64,000 bases of DNA. It comes from Cyanobacteriota bacterium. GTDB lineage: Bacteria > Cyanobacteriota > Cyanobacteriia > Cyanobacteriales > Nostocaceae. The notes beneath the pieces are model-generated. The model was given only the letters and a program-made list of their open reading frames with translations. It was not told where the DNA came from and ran no database searches. Numbering within the stretch: the stretch's first letter is position 1; every line of letters starts with the position of its first letter. Location: assembly GCA_046045965.1 (NCBI GenBank), contig JBJOKS010000003.1:32001-96000 (forward strand). The letters run 5' to 3'. Made by a program: the position numbers and the translations under genes. This document shows, piece after piece, positions 62,645 through 64,000 of the stretch.

Positions 62645-64000
62645 TTACTTATCCTTTTCTTTTAATTCACCAATTTTAGTAATCCAAGTATCTTGCATTT
62701 CTTGGAAAATATCGGGAGTTTTCCCACCTTCTGAATCTTCAGTATTACGTTTTCTAATTTTGACTGGAATTGTATGTTTAATACTTTCATAAGTTCCAGA
62801 AATTAAACAAGTTCCCTGTGGCATTTTAGGTAAAGCTCGTAACATTTCATCAGTTGCATCTGCTTTTACACCCTTAATAGCATCTAGCTGATCTGGCTCT
62901 AAAGCAAAAACTAATCGAGTATTGCATTGACGAATCACACTTTTATCAATATCAACAGGACTCTGTGTCATTAAAACCATACAAATTCCATGATGTCTTC
63001 CTATTCTGACTCCTTCTCGAATAATTTGTTTACAAGGACTACCTTCTCCCTGTGGAACAAATAAATGGGCTTCATCAACTACAGCTACATAAGGAGGTAT
63101 ATGACCTTTTAATCTCAAATTTTGTAGCTCTCTTAAAACTGCTGTTGCTATAGATTGAAGTTGTTTTGAAGTTAAATTTTTACAATTAATAGATAAACAG
63201 GGATATATGAGTTTTCGCCAGTCGGCAACACCATCTCCAAAAATTTTATACCCTTCTATACTTTTTTTTAACCTTCTTTCAACTGTGTCAATCACTCTTG
63301 GTAATTCTGCTTTTTTCGCTACATATTGTTCTGATATTTCTGGAATTTTATCTATCATATCTTTCAATCTAAATTTTGGAATATCATCATTTTGTAAATT
63401 AGTTTGTAAGTCTCCAAAAACTTTACTGACGATATCACGTTGTAAATCACTGTTTTTCATGGCAGATGGTAATAACTCTAAAAGTTCTGATTCAGTTAAT
63501 GATGAAATACGAATACTAAAATCCTTACCTGGTTCAACAACTTGACCACCATTTTTAATAACAAAATCTGAATACTCATCCTGAGTATCAATAAAAACAA
63601 CTGGTAAATTATGTTTAATTAACTCTTCTGCAACAACTCCCATTGCATAACTTTTACCGCTTCCAGTTGTTCCACAAATAAAGAAATGTCTTTGAATTGC
63701 TTGTTTTTTAAGAATAATATTTGTTTCAACACCTCCTACCGTTTTACCTAAAAATAAACCTTTTGATTTTTCTGTATCTATTCCTAAAACACGAACTACT
63801 TCACCAGAATCAGCGATAAAAACTTCAGAACCCGAATTAGGTAAATTTTGAGGTGATCTAATTTCTTTACCAATAAGTTCTTCTATTAAATCAGCTTCAA
63901 CTAACCGATAAATATCTGTACTATGTTCCTCTGACATAGATGGAATAGGAAGTCCTAGATTATCACTAACAGTTACACCAGCTACACTTTTATTTGGGTT
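62645..64000 (-). CDS. HerA/FtsK-family ATPase (DUF87), 5' end beyond the window
   Basis: RHFFICGTTGSGKS, FIDTQDEY, VVDEAHLF, REGVRIGRHHG, MTQSP; frame stays open from 63937 to 64000 (NPNKSVAG..), so the ORF-track start is probably internal. Confidence 0.88.
   Translation of the reverse strand, partial: NPNKSVAGVTVSDNLGLPIPSMSEEHSTDIYRLVEADLIEELIGKEIRSPQNLPNSGSEVFIADSGEVVRVLGIDTEKSKGLFLGKTVGGVETNIILKKQAIQRHFFICGTTGSGKSYAMGVVAEELIKHNLPVVFIDTQDEYSDFVIKNGGQVVEPGKDFSIRISSLTESELLELLPSAMKNSDLQRDIVSKVFGDLQTNLQNDDIPKFRLKDMIDKIPEISEQYVAKKAELPRVIDTVERRLKKSIEGYKIFGDGVADWRKLIYPCLSINCKNLTSKQLQSIATAVLRELQNLRLKGHIPPYVAVVDEAHLFVPQGEGSPCKQIIREGVRIGRHHGICMVLMTQSPVDIDKSVIRQCNTRLVFALEPDQLDAIKGVKADATDEMLRALPKMPQGTCLISGTYESIKHTIPVKIRKRNTEDSEGGKTPDIFQEMQDTWITKIGELKEKDK

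Noticed and set aside
62645..63937. ORF-track start at 63937 for the HerA-like gene
   Set aside because: The frame is open to the window edge and the N-terminal barrel region appears incomplete

Overview
64 kb of chromosome from a filamentous, probably heterocyst-forming cyanobacterium (Nostocales-like: many HIP1 GCGATCGC octamers, heptamer STRR arrays, NtcA boxes, Uma2/DUF29/pentapeptide genes). The backbone is ordinary: TRAP solute-binding protein, split 5-oxoprolinase/hydantoinase, xth, BT1 transporter, gdhA, minCDE, dnaG, ureEFG, a general-stress cluster and a type I secretion locus with an FG-GAP/RTX cargo. Two AT-rich accessory blocks stand out. (1) 7404-19422: a vWA/MIDAS lipoprotein divergent from an operon encoding a 4-TM protein, a divergent tubulin/FtsZ-superfamily GTPase, a 1088-aa actin/Hsp70-fold ATPase and four proteins carrying six copies of a ~110-aa domain I cannot name. 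One of the four is a membrane-spanning protein with a peptidoglycan-binding-like motif. This is a candidate envelope-linked cytoskeleton-like or conflict system. (2) 59935-64000, cut by the window edge: a tightly coupled HerA-like ATPase, NurA-like nuclease and tRNA-guanine-transglycosylase (TGT/DpdA)-like operon, a candidate DNA base-exchange or defence system. Intergenic DNA holds several MITE/REP families, including a TA-targeting MITE inside a decayed SDR pseudogene, an 18-bp-TIR/10-bp-TSD MITE, nested elements and two convergent consensus promoters around a repeat block. No rRNA, tRNA, CRISPR array or transposase was seen. All calls come from motif reading by eye; no database searches were run.
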